A DNA stretch of 64,000 bases from Azolla caroliniana. Its lineage: Eukaryota; Plantae; Polypodiophyta. Below, one piece after another: positions 1 to 11,959 of this stretch (position 1 is its first letter; each line of letters begins with the position of its first letter). The position numbers were made by a program, and so were the translations under genes. The DNA is taken from positions 7,130,001 to 7,194,000 of the forward strand of contig JBHGNT010000016.1 of the NCBI GenBank assembly GCA_043228905.1. Direction: 5' to 3'. The notes below the pieces were generated by a model that saw only the letters and a list, made by a program, of their open reading frames with translations, ran no database searches and was not told where the DNA came from.

Positions 1-282
1 CATACATATGTTTAAAACATATAAACAAAAAAACATTCCTTTCACATGAGAATAGAGAGACAGAGAGAGACAAACAAACAAACAAAACACACATATATTA
101 ACATCTTCTAAAGACCAAAATTTGGTCCATGAAATATGTATTTGTGGAAAGCAAGATTTGAACCTTGCACCTCCAAAGCATAAAGCATTGTATTTACTAA
201 GATAGTACGTAAAATTCGTGTTCGTCCAGCATAACATTCGTTTGCCTAACGTTGGAAAACGAATGCAAATGTTATTCAAACA

Positions 283-1026
283 TGTTGGGAGACAGGTCCC
301 TCCGGATGGGAAGGGAGAAGAACAGTGCCGACGAACAAACTCGGCCGAAACCGATAGGCCGAGGCCGAAACGGTATGAGGGGAACCCGGCTACGGAGAGC
401 CGGATGATACAGACCCGGTGAAGACCGGATGAGGAGTACCCGGCTACAGAGAGCCGGATGGTGCAGACCTGGTATGAACCGGATGAGGAGTACCCGGCTA
501 CGGAGAGCCGGATGATGCAGACCCGGTGAAGACCGGATGAGGAGTACCCGGCTACGGAGAACCGGATGAAGAGACATATTCGTAATTATGTTTTTGATAG
601 TCCATCGAGGCTATATTTGTAAATAGCCGAAAAGTCATATTAGTATAAATATGACTTAGGGCAAACTTTTAGGTGTGAACAGTTGTTGTGATTCTTCTTG
701 TTGGTGCAAGAAGAAGGGAGAGCGCGTAACTGTACAGAGAGAGAGAGAGAACGAGGTTGTTGCCTCTGTTGTAACCGCCGCCTGTGGCGAAGATCGTGAA
801 CACGAGGTCGTTGCCTCCGTGAACTCACTGTTTGTACATTCTTACATAGTGACAGTTTGCAGCCTGTGGGCTGCCGTGGTTTTTCCCCCTAGTTTGGGGT
901 TTTCCACGTAAACCTCCTGTGTATTGTTGTGTATCTTCCTCTTCTTTTGTGTCGTGTTCTATTTCCCGTTTTCTGTGTGTCAATCTAAGCTCGGTTGTGG
1001 CCAAGCATTGCGCATAAGGAACGATC
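283..1026 (+). mobile_element. LTR-like segment (probable solo or truncated LTR)
   Basis: Starts TGTTGG and ends ...GATCA. It contains an internal 54-bp tandem array, a TATA-like TATAAATA near 644 and a GT/T-rich U5-like tail. No matching TSD was found. Confidence 0.45.
384..570. repeat. 54-bp tandem repeat, ~3.5 copies
   Basis: Unit CCCGGCTACGGAGAGCCGGATGATRCAGACCCGGTGAAGACCGGATGAGGAGTA; visible as an 18-aa repeat in ORF 272..577. Confidence 0.9.
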
Positions 1027-1519
1027 ATTGGGTTCCCGTCATCTTGTGTTTTTTTTTTGTTTTTTTCCCATTTTTTAATGTTTTTTTTTTGTTTTTTTTC
1101 CAGTTTTTAGGCTTATTTACCTCATAATAAATAGTTAATCCAAAAGTACGGTATTTATCATTCTTTGAGGGTGTTTTTCTTTCGCGAATGCGAATGCACG
1201 TATGGTACGTATTGTTCATACTATGGAATCATGGATATATATATATATACATAGATTGAGATATTCGAATTCGTGGGGCCTCCCCCACGAATACCAACGA
1301 ATATGTATAAGAATATTTCTTCCAATATTCATTAACTTTTTTTTTCCCGTTTTTTTTTTTTGAAAAAATGCATTCGACGAGTAGCGAATAGAGAAGAGCT
1401 ATGCAGGGAATAGCAATCAACAATCAACAGGGAACAACATCAAACATTGGCTCCTCGAAATTTAGGGTTTGACTCCATCAAACATCGGTCATATATATTC
1501 TATATTCATATCATGTGAA

Positions 1520-2800
1520 TGATGGCATGTAATGGCTTGAATCCTTCCTTGATCTGTGTCGAGAGAATTTTATTTTGCATTCTATGTAGAAACTCATTCT
1601 TCTGTTGAAGAAATCCATGGATTGCTGACATGAAGAAGCTGTCTTATTTTTCCATTTTTGAAGAATCATTCTCACATGCATGTTAAATGGGTTGAAAACC
1701 TTCTTTGATCTGTGAAAGAGGAGTTATGCAGAAGTGAATTCTCTATTGGAGGAGAATCCATGGCTCGTTGATGAAGAAGCTTTTGTTTTGAAGATTCATT
1801 GCAAAGTTAACGTATAATGGCTTGTTGAAGAAGAGTTTTTTGTAGAAGAATTATTGTCAAGTACAAGTATAATGGCGTGATTCCTTTTTTTATCTGTGAA
1901 AGAGGAGTTATGCATTCTATGTAGGGGCTCATTTTTTTGTTAAGGAAGCCATAGATTTTCGATGAAGAAACCTTTGCATTTAGAAGAATCAAAGTGATAT
2001 TAATGCCTCTAATCTTTATTTAATATGCCATGCATTTTATGCAAATATTCGTTTTCTGCTGAAGAATCCCTGCACTGTTGATTGAGAAGCCCTTTTGAGG
2101 AAGAAGGATTAGTTCGGATTCTCCTTTAATCAGTTGATGAACTTACAAGAATGTGTTATTAAACGATTCAAGTTCTGTTGACAAATCCATGACCCCCTGA
2201 AGAAGAAACTTTTGAAGGGTATTTCACACACTTTGGAAGAGTATTTCACATCTAGAGGTGTATAATGACTTCAATCCATGGCTCAATAAAGAAGCTCTGG
2301 ATCACAAATTTTCATTGAGCCATGGAAAATGAAGAAGCTTCTACACTTCCATGGCTCAATCAAGAAGCTTGTCGCAATCATTCACATTTTTAAGAGTTAT
2401 AATTCCTCTTTGATTTGTGAAAGAGGAGTTTATATACATTATATGCAGAGTCTCATTTTATTATGAAATAATCCATCGCTTAATGATAAATCTCGTCGAA
2501 GAATCATATGTATAATGGATTAGATCTTTCTTTGATCCCTGAGAAGAGGTTATGGAAAATTCATTATGTTGATGCATCTAGTGGATCACTTCCATTGTTT
2601 GGTGATGAAGATTCTTGAAGAGTGATTCACGTGTACAGACCCGTGAAAGCTTGTTCAAGAAGCTCCTTGAAGAATCCTATGGTGTAATAATTTGATCAAA
2701 TGTGAAATCTTGTTGAAAAGAATACTTGCATTCATGGATTGATGATGAATCCACTTCTCGAGGAATCCTTCGTCATTGATTGCAGATAGAATTATTGTTT
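1520..2800. repeat. Degenerate tandem array (~110-170-bp units)
   Basis: Recurring blocks AATGG..TGAA.CCTTC.TTGATCTGTGAAAGAGGAGTTATGCA...GAAGAATCCATGG...GATGAAGAAGCT near 1530, 1686, 1870, 2400 and 2515. Confidence 0.7.
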
Positions 2801-3289
2801 GAATAAGAAGACAGATGAGTCAAAAGAGATGAAAAAAAGCAGGAAATCAAGAACGACACTGAGCTTTTCACACGGTGAGGCTTCAGGAAGATCTTCAGAT
2901 CAATCTCAAGCTAAAGTAATTGCTTCCATCATTTCAAAGCATCAATTAAGAAAGGGACAAAGAGAAGGAAAAAATCATACCTCTAGTATACTTTCAAATA
3001 CAGGAACTCTAAGGAAAAGGTCAAAGGCAAAATCATCCATTCAAATGCATCAAAAGGGCTCATAATCGCTTTAATTAAAACTTTTCTTTCTTATGTTAGT
3101 GTGATTTTGAAGACCTTCCATTTTTCTATTAATTGGTGATTTTTCCTTTTTTTTTTAAGTGAATTGAATAATTTTTATTATGTAAATTTATTTTCCATAA
3201 ACGAATGGTTTTATAATATTCTTGGAGCAATTTTATATTCTCGAATACTACGGATATTGCGGATGTCGAATACCACGCATATCACGCAT

Positions 3290-3324
<35 letters not shown>

Positions 3325-5290
3325 ATGGAGAGAGAGAGGGAGGGAGGGAGAGGAGTATATCCTCCGTGCTCTTGTGGGTCCTCCTCTCTTATGTGTCTCA
3401 AGTTGCCTTTCCTACCTACACTTTTCTACTCTTTTGTGTGCGTTGTTGCCTGCCTGCCTGTCTTCTGCCCGAGCTGCCATGCAAAATATGTTTGTCCGCA
3501 TGAAACCTTGAAACCCAACCACCCCTAAAATATTTTCCTCTTTTTAAGCAATCTCTTACATGGGCTTCGTAACAATCGGAATTGGCTCTTCGACAAACAT
3601 GGGTATTGATGGAGAAAATGACATCACGTGTTTTGATAGGTGCAACCCTTTGCCTTCTCGCGTGGACTCTATACTATCAAACTCGTACTCTCTTTTTTTG
3701 GGATCAACCGGAAGGAATGGCAATTCAAATGCCTAGATCCTTTATAATGTTTACAAACATTCCATTCGCATCTTTAGCATTAGGAGGAATGAGTGTTTTT
3801 GCATTAGAATCATTAGAATCATTAGAGTCTTCTTCTTTGCTATCATTATCTGATAGTGAATCAATTCCTCGTTTTTTAGCCTCTACTAGTTTGTTGGTCC
3901 CCTTTTGCTAGAAGAACATTGATTAGTTAGCTATATTAGCCTCTTACATTCCTGCGCTTCAAGATACATTAGTGATATCATTGTGTTACCTCAGGGATTG
4001 TCTTGTCCATGTGTATATGTGCAAGGGACATCTTGAAGTGTTCCTTTTTGTAGATGTGTGTTTGAGTTTTAATATGCACAATCTTGCTTGGAAAGACAAA
4101 ATGACAAGTTTGATCGACAATACCAATATCTTAAACCGCGTGTTTTGAGTCCCGATATTATGTACATCACAAACTATGAAAAATATCGTTGTTAATGGCT
4201 TATTTACTAAGATTTATAAATGTTTTGTTTGGAGTGATATGACACACTCGTGTTGTAATGGGCATTTTTTACATAGTCCAAATTAAATAGGAAATTCATG
4301 ATGTTAATTGGATATATGCTTATTTTAAGTGTTGATATCATAGATTGTGTGTTAGCAAATGTGGCTACGAGATTGACATGGTGCATGCGTGTAAGAAATA
4401 ATGTTCATCGAAGTGTCATGTCGTGTAAATTGAGGATACATGTTAGCCCGTCTATTCATGGGTGCCCATATGTTTAACACATTATAGATGGCTATGGTCT
4501 CCACATACCTACAAATTTAAAGGTATATGAAGAGTGTCACTATACGAGCATTGTGCATCGTGCGAGTGTGCTATAACTATCCACACCCTCATATCAAGAA
4601 TCTCCATATTATGTTCATAATTTTTTCTTCCTTTTTTTAAGATACTATATTAGCATTAAGAAACATCGCGAGGTTGCACAAGAAATTAAGATGATAGACC
4701 AAAATGTCACAATTTTAGTCTTGGGTTCTATTTTTCATTCTAGAAAAACTACCAAGCCTACATACATAACCACTTTTATGTTAATATTAAGGTAGAATAA
4801 AACAAGATAACAAGACACGAGACTTAAATCACAATGTGAATTCATTTCTTATAAATTCACTGATGTTATCAAATTTTGATGATTCAAAATTTCATTACCA
4901 TAATGTAGTGGTAAAGTATGTGTGTGCAGTGGAATGGTTTTATATAAGGCATTTATACACTTCCAGAATTACATTCATACCCCTCCCTCTTTTAGTAAAT
5001 TTCTCGTACCCCTCCCCCTTTCATTTTTCTTAATCTCACTCTACCCTTTCCTCCTCCACTTTAATTTCCAATATACCCTCCAATTCTTCCTACCCCCCTC
5101 CTTTTTTCAAAGATCTCCATACATTCTAACGTACTTCACCATCCCTAACTCCCACCTCACACACTTCTCTCTTACCCTTCCTCTCTCTTTCTCTCTCACA
5201 CTCCCCTACATGTTTTTCAAATAACCCCAAAAAATCTTCTATCCCACACCAAATATATCAAACCCCATATCTCCTACATCATCAAATTTG

Positions 5291-5292
<2 letters not shown>

Positions 5293-5325
<33 letters not shown>

Positions 5326-5378
5326 TCCCTCTCTCTCTCTCTCTCTCTCTCTCACGCACACACACACACACACACACA
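5293..5378. repeat. Compound (CA)n/(CT)n microsatellite
   Basis: Read directly from the sequence. Confidence 0.95.
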
Positions 5379-5412
5379 TCCTTATCTTCCCTATATAAAC
5401 CCCTCCAATTCT

Positions 5413-5474
5413 AAATGGTCTTGTGCACTGATGAGCTCAGTAGGAGCGAAACTAGTTTGCCACATCGACCATTT
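5413..5474 (+). ncRNA. Minimal type-I hammerhead ribozyme
   Basis: Core CTGATGA (5428-5434), stem II GCTC/GAGC, GAAAC (5448-5452), palindromic stem III ACTAGT, cleavage triplet GUU (5455-5457). Stem I is AAATGGTC-t-TGT-GCA paired with TGC-c-ACA-tc-GACCATTT. Confidence 0.85.
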
Positions 5475-5549
5475 CTTTGTATTACTTTTTAAGTTTCTTA
5501 ATATGAATTAGTCTTTAGTCTATTTCTTTCTCTCTAAACTTTGTACATA

Positions 5550-5664
5550 TCTCTCTCTCTCTCTCTCTCTATAATTCTCACTCTTAATCTCACATTCACC
5601 CACCAATTGTATACCATTCGCACTCCTTGTATTGACCTCACGGTCTAGAACTCACAATTCTTTG

Positions 5665-5702
<38 letters not shown>

Positions 5703-5785
5703 ATTCTCACTCTTAATCTCACATTCACCCACCGATTGTATACCGTTCGCACTCCTTGTATTGACCTCACGGTCTAGAACTCAAA
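5550..5785. repeat. Direct duplication of ~130 bp, each copy led by (CT)n
   Basis: TATAATTCTCACTCTTAATCTCACATTCACC...GACCTCACGGTCTAGAACTCA occurs twice, near-identical. Confidence 0.9.
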
Positions 5786-6827
5786 TATAAATATGGTGTA
5801 GAAATAAGCAACATTATAGGCATGTGTTGAAGTCACCAACGATGGGTTTAATGTATAGTTCAAGTTGTGTGATAGTAGAATAGAACTAAAAGAAAGTAGA
5901 TAAGAGATCGAGGAAATGAGAGGGAGTATGAGCATGAGTGAGTGAGGGAGAGAAAAAGATGGATGCGTCATACATGTTGACTAAAGTATAATAGATTAAA
6001 GAAGGTCAATACAAGCCACTTTGCGTCTTTGTGGGAGCTTTGTCAGTATATAACCCTAAGTTACAAAAGAGGGAGGTTTATATAGTAGTATATGTGTCTT
6101 GGGGCGAGATCCTTTGGGGATATGGTTTTTATTACATGTGTTGGGTAGGTAGCCTACCTTCAAAACTTAGTCCTAACTAGATGTGACTATAGTGTGTGTT
6201 TTCACATCCGTATGTGACAAATATCCTCATGCATTGTGTACTGATGGGAATCAACCAGACCATATACGCACATGGCATCTCGCGGATAGGCATTGCTTGG
6301 ATCGTGTTTGCATGTACTCTCAATGTTGATGGCTTGCCGATCACCTGCGATTAACTAGTATCCATATACAATTTGTACCCTTTTTTGTGCACTACGAACA
6401 TGATTTTGATTCATGCACCTTCTTGACAATGCCACATGCATCGTGAACCGCAAAAAAACAATATGCATGGAGTTAGATGTTATGGCAAACCCGTGTGGAA
6501 TCAACATTTGTCGGTGCATGTTTTATTTGTCATGTGCATACTCGTTGTTGCCCGGTATGACAAGTGTGAAACGAACCAAAGGGGGCTGAACACTAACAAC
6601 AGAAGAAGGGAAGCCGAAGATCAAGGAAGGAGCAGGTGAAAAGCGCCGAGCAGACGGGAAGATATATATATCGAGGAGCAACGAACACAGTGAAGATTTA
6701 GAGAAGACTAAGTCTACTAATAGACTAAGGGAGAGTGAGCAAGTATCGTTCCGATTATACTCGGAACTTGTATTTGTACTTGTATGCCACGTTTAATCAA
6801 ATATACATATAAGTTTGTGGGTAACTT

Positions 6828-7285
6828 CGTGCCCAATCTCACATTCAGAAAGAACCAGTTGATCGTTGTAGCAACAATATGCACAGTTTGTATCAAAGAT
6901 CAGAAGAAGAAGAAGTTTGACAATGAACACTTAGATAGGAAGCGCTCTTCCGACCAAGAAGCCCGATAGAAACAACTTTGCATCTTGGGAGTATAAGATG
7001 CACCTCCACACACACATACACACACACACACACACACACAATTCTTCCGCTGCACATAATCCATCCAGATGGTGATTGCTTAATTGAAGGCCATCACCTC
7101 TGCATGTGGTGTGCCCAATCTCATGTACAGAAAGAACCGGTTGATCGTTATAGCAACAATCTGCACAGTTTGTATCAAAGATAAGAAGAAGAAGTCGTTC
7201 GACAATGAACACTTAGATGGGAAACGCTCTTCCAACTGAGAAGCTCAATAGAAACAACTTTGCATCTTGGGAGTACAAGATGCAC
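6828..7285. repeat. Internal direct duplication (~170 bp) of the copia 5' leader, separated by a (CA)n-containing spacer
   Basis: GTGCCCAATCTCA...AACAACTTTGCATCTTGGGAGTA.AAGATGCAC at ~6830-7003 and ~7111-7285. Confidence 0.85.
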
Positions 7286-8237
7286 TAATACCTTGTAGGC
7301 CAAGGCTATTGGAGTTATGTCGAAGGAGCAAACGAGAATCAACCCAATCCAACCAACACATGTCGACTACCCAACTTGGGAGCAAGCGATGAGTCGTGTG
7401 TTGTATTGTCTTGCATCATGCGCCATGATCACATGCTCGACTACATCCGAGAGGCCAAAACGCCAAAGGAGGCGTGGGGGAACCTCAAGTAAATTTTCAC
7501 GGCCAACACGACCGTAGTAAAGCTTCAACTCCGTCAAGAGTTGCACAGTATACAACAAAGGGACATGTCAATCGACATCTACACCTTGAAGATCAAGGAG
7601 TTGTGCAATGCCCTCGGGTTGATCAATGTTAGCATTGACGACGATGAAATGATGCAGATTTGCCTCTGAGGCTAAGCACCTCAGTTTGGAGCCATTCGGT
7701 CGGTAGTCCTCGCGAGGGAGAATCTTCCCTCCTTCGATCTCCAATTGATGTTGTTGGTCGAGGAGAATCATGTCCAAACAAGAAGGACAAATGCTCTATT
7801 CGAACTTCAATGGAGGAAGAGGACAAGCTCGTGGAAGAAGAGGCCAATTTGGCCAAGGCTGACACAACCAAGAGCAACCCCGAGAACATAACTTCTATTA
7901 CCAACAAGACGTTTCGAACATGCGAGGCGGAGCGTCCGGAAGAAGGGGGAGCAATCATGTCGGACCCATCCAACAAAACAATTCCCCCCAGTGCAGATAT
8001 TGTGGTAAATTCGGCTACTATGAGGCAGAGTGTCGGAAAAAGAAGAGTGAATCGGCCTCCACAAGCTGATAACTCATAAACTATGCATCAAACTCCGACT
8101 ACGACGATCGTGGCGGAATAGTCATGATGCGACACACAATGAATTCAATGGCGACATCTTTTCCGACAAGCACCTCCAACTTGGAGAATGTATGGTTTGT
8201 CGATTCGGGTGCATCCAATCACATGACGTCTCATAAC

Positions 8238-8270
8238 ACGTTCGCGTTCACAAGTGGAAGGATCGCGCAT
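8238..8270 (+). repeat. Left terminal inverted repeat (33 bp)
   Basis: Reverse complement of 16780-16812 with one mismatch. Confidence 0.95.
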
Positions 8271-8593
8271 AAATGGAAGGATAAGGGTAATTTTAGGGGT
8301 TTTTCAATGATTTTACAAAACACATTGATACCAGTATCATACAAGTTCAAACATACTATGAAAAAGGTTAAAAATCCACTATTTTCGTGATTTAGAAGTA
8401 ACTAAAAAAAGACGAATTTAAAAAATGTACATTCTCAATTTATATCACAAACTTTACAACCAATGTTATTTTATAAGAAACGAATTTTGGGAAATCATAA
8501 GAATTCAAAACACATGATTTTATATTACTCGATTTGTTACAAGCGGAATGTAGTTACACTTAATAGCCAAATATACATTCATGATAGAGTCCT

Positions 8594-11374
8594 TTACGGA
8601 GAATCACTACTATAACTAATATACAATGACGATTCCTCCTCATCATCCTCGGATGTACCAATCAGTGCATTATCTTCGTCATAAACCAAATGGTTTGACT
8701 CTAGATTATATGTAGCAGATCTCGTTTGCCTTTGACTCGAGCCACCTTGTAGACCTGGTAATTTTTCTTTTATTATATCTATTGTTGACTTCCTTAATCG
8801 TCCGGCTTTTGTAAGTGTGAAGTCGTACACGATGATATCCACATCAGAGATATCAAGGGTCGAGGTGTTACGAATGTTTCGCTTCCTCTTCCTACCTCCC
8901 CTTCTTGTTTGGCATTCAATCATCTCCAATGTATACTTACCTGTAAAAGCATTTGCACTTCTAGTGTTGTACCAATGAACATTTATAGACTTGATCGTGT
9001 TTTCTATTTCATGCATTAGCACTTCTAGAATTTTACCAACCCAAAATTGGTGGCCATGTGAGTTCTCATCAGCCGGCGTTGCAATCAACATCCCCGCGGT
9101 GAGCTCTTGCAAATTTCCTTGCCATCTAGCTTCGGCTGCTTTGGTCATCCTTGGTCCCACATAAATGTCTCTTTGTTGTGGATGGACCAAGCTGTCATTA
9201 ATCGCATTTACTAGTCGCTCCGGACTTCTATTTACGCGATCATGTTGCAGTGACCATGTGAATGGCGTTTCCAAATTCCAATTATCAACAGATACACAAT
9301 TGTCTATAATTTCATTCTGATCACTATAAAATACATCCCACCATGACGTGTCTTGTTGTGCGGCATATTTCTTGGCGGCCTCAATATGCTTTCTTTTTTC
9401 TTCTAAGGCTTGGAGCCATGACCGTTTTTGTTCTGATACCAAGTCGCTCTGCAACTGTCCTTTCTTCTCAATTGGCATTTGCTTAGCTCCATGGACAATT
9501 GTACTCGGCATACAAAGTAATAACTGGCAACCACCTTCAGGTTCCCATGTTGTAGAAGATGAATATTGTTTAGCATACAAAAGTGTAGAACCACTTATTC
9601 CATTTTTCTTTATCAAAAAAATGTGATTGAAACTTATATTGTTTAACTGAGCAAGCACTTTAACATTCCCACCACCCCCATCTAATATATATCTCTTAAA
9701 GTCATATACCTCCTTCAAGTGTAACACTTTTGGGCATGGTGTATATGCATCACAAATGACATCAAATAGTTTAGGTAAAGTGAAAGCATCATGTCGAGAC
9801 AACTGTCTGGAGAATGTGCTAAACATTTGATCTATATGGTCATGTGTGTGGCCAACCAAAAGGAAATTGACTTTCACTTTCCTAAACAATTCTAGGTTGA
9901 CCAACATACTTAGATAGCCAAATACAGTTGAATTTTTGTTCTCTCTAGCAGTATTGTCCAATTGAATGTATAGAACAGGGGGGAAAGGTTGTCCCCAAGA
10001 CATCAAAACTCGGTGAATCACTGTAACTGTTAGGTTAGGGTCATTGTGAACATTGGGGTAAGTAATGAAGACGTGAGGTCGAACAGACCTATTATAAGCC
10101 AAGCATCCCACCAAGTGCATTTGAACAAGGCACTCATCATTGACATCTTTGGGGAGCCTCCGCATATGCGGCAAGCATGTCTTCTTCTGGTCCATGCCAT
10201 CTATCATTAAGCACATGTATTGTTCAGGCCTCTTCAAACACTTCTCTCTATGATGCATCGCCTTCCTTCGTTCTAAGGATTGTGCCTCACGATGCTCTTG
10301 TAGTAACTTCTTACTCGTATCCTTTTCCATTGATGTCTTTGCACCTTTAGCCAAACTTTTAAGATTTGCACAAATGGAGCAATACCCCATACGTACTTTA
10401 CGAGGAATAATAACATTTGAAAACCGAGCTCTCCATAATCTTGTGAATTGGCTATAGGTGATAGACTTATTACGTGAGCCCAGCATTTCAGATCGATAGA
10501 CATCATAAACTTCCCGACGGGTATAATTATCAGAAAGATGCATCCTACCTGTAGTGGGCATTACTTCACAATTTAACTGAAAGTAAGTTTTCATCCAACC
10601 AATAGCTAGTCTTCCAATTGCACCTTTCATACTTGGAACCTCTTTACAATTGAGCATCTGATCCCCGCTAAGTAGACGTTGTTGTACTCTATGTAGCCGC
10701 ATGTTACTAACACATAACGCAATTTTGAATGCAACTCTACATATCTGTTGCGCATGGAAGATATAATACTCGAATGATACTTTGATCCCCGTACATTTGT
10801 CAGATACTAGTTGCATATGTGATCCGAGGTAAGTGTCTTGCTCATCACCGGTCATCGAAAAATAGTATCGCCTTAATTCTCGCAACTTTGATTTTCCAAT
10901 CATAGACATACAACCACGGGCACAACATATTTTGTTGACATCAAATCCTATCTGTTTATTTGATGTCACCAAGCTAAATCTAGCCAGACGAATTCTTCGT
11001 GGGATTCTTCTAATATGCATAGGGCTCCCAGATTTCTCTTCCTGCATAGAGGTTGGTGTAACCTTGTTACAGTCTAATTCTCTGTTCTGACCATCGCCAA
11101 TGTTATTCAATGTTTCCTGGGCACTTCCTTCATTCTCGGTATCTTTATTAATATCGTATTCTTCAATAGAGAACTCTTCACATGTGTCATTATTTACATT
11201 CCCTGTAGATGAGCTCAGACAATATTCTTCGATAGAATATGGTGAGTCGGTCGACAGACAATATTCTTCAATCGAATATGGTGACTCTGTTGACAAACAA
11301 TACTCTTCAGTAGAAAACGATGGGTCTGATGACAAACAATATTCTTCAATCGAGAACGGTGAATCTTCACTCAT
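8594..11374 (-). CDS. Intronless 926-aa transposase, RNase H-fold DDD type (DUF7869/Sola-like, by motif recognition)
   Basis: Intact ORF inside the TIRs. Acidic catalytic motifs are MIDGMDQ, QLDNTARENKN and FLLVGHTHDHIDQMFS. Cys/His clusters (KICCARGC, ICRVAF, CSICANLK...H), N-terminal 13-aa repeats and a C-terminal beta-rich domain are also present. Confidence 0.85.
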   Translation of the reverse strand: MSEDSPFSIEEYCLSSDPSFSTEEYCLSTESPYSIEEYCLSTDSPYSIEEYCLSSSTGNVNNDTCEEFSIEEYDINKDTENEGSAQETLNNIGDGQNRELDCNKVTPTSMQEEKSGSPMHIRRIPRRIRLARFSLVTSNKQIGFDVNKICCARGCMSMIGKSKLRELRRYYFSMTGDEQDTYLGSHMQLVSDKCTGIKVSFEYYIFHAQQICRVAFKIALCVSNMRLHRVQQRLLSGDQMLNCKEVPSMKGAIGRLAIGWMKTYFQLNCEVMPTTGRMHLSDNYTRREVYDVYRSEMLGSRNKSITYSQFTRLWRARFSNVIIPRKVRMGYCSICANLKSLAKGAKTSMEKDTSKKLLQEHREAQSLERRKAMHHREKCLKRPEQYMCLMIDGMDQKKTCLPHMRRLPKDVNDECLVQMHLVGCLAYNRSVRPHVFITYPNVHNDPNLTVTVIHRVLMSWGQPFPPVLYIQLDNTARENKNSTVFGYLSMLVNLELFRKVKVNFLLVGHTHDHIDQMFSTFSRQLSRHDAFTLPKLFDVICDAYTPCPKVLHLKEVYDFKRYILDGGGGNVKVLAQLNNISFNHIFLIKKNGISGSTLLYAKQYSSSTTWEPEGGCQLLLCMPSTIVHGAKQMPIEKKGQLQSDLVSEQKRSWLQALEEKRKHIEAAKKYAAQQDTSWWDVFYSDQNEIIDNCVSVDNWNLETPFTWSLQHDRVNRSPERLVNAINDSLVHPQQRDIYVGPRMTKAAEARWQGNLQELTAGMLIATPADENSHGHQFWVGKILEVLMHEIENTIKSINVHWYNTRSANAFTGKYTLEMIECQTRRGGRKRKRNIRNTSTLDISDVDIIVYDFTLTKAGRLRKSTIDIIKEKLPGLQGGSSQRQTRSATYNLESNHLVYDEDNALIGTSEDDEEESSLYISYSSDSP

Positions 11375-11959
11375 GGCTTAAGGTCTAGATAGGGCTCTCT
11401 AAGTTATACTCCTCTCTAAACATATACTCCTCCCTAAACATAAACTTCTCCCTAAACAAAAGCCAAATGAATAGAATGTCTATATCATGTAATATTCTAT
11501 TAATACAATACATCTAAAAATTATTTTTAATAAAGTAATTTTACTTAAATTATCAATCATTATATAAACTAGATCTAAATGATGTTAAATCAAGTAAAAT
11601 ATAAAACTAATCATTAATAAGCCTTGAATATGTTGGATTAATGTTAAAATCATTGGCTAATTAATGGCACCCATTTTGATATAGAACGTCTCACGCATTG
11701 GTTCTTTAATGCTCACCATTTTAAATATTAGACTTATCAATCATTGCTTAATTCATGCCCACATCTTTAATACATAACATTTGAGAGTCATAAAAATTGT
11801 TGCTTTTAGTAATCAATCATTGGTACATTCATGAACCTCTATCATTGTCTCCTTCATAACCTTTGAAGTCATTGTAGGTTGTTATGACTAAAAGATTGAT
11901 CAATATGTTAGTTTGACTTTGTAATCATTGATCAATATGTTAGTTTGACTTTGTGATCA

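Noticed and set aside
6380-6530. Minus-strand fragments TNVDST / MHVALSR resembling SF1 helicase motifs
   Set aside because: Too short and degenerate to support without a profile search.
7660-8079. 139-aa ORF as an independent gene
   Set aside because: It is an alternative-frame reading of the decayed copia gag region.
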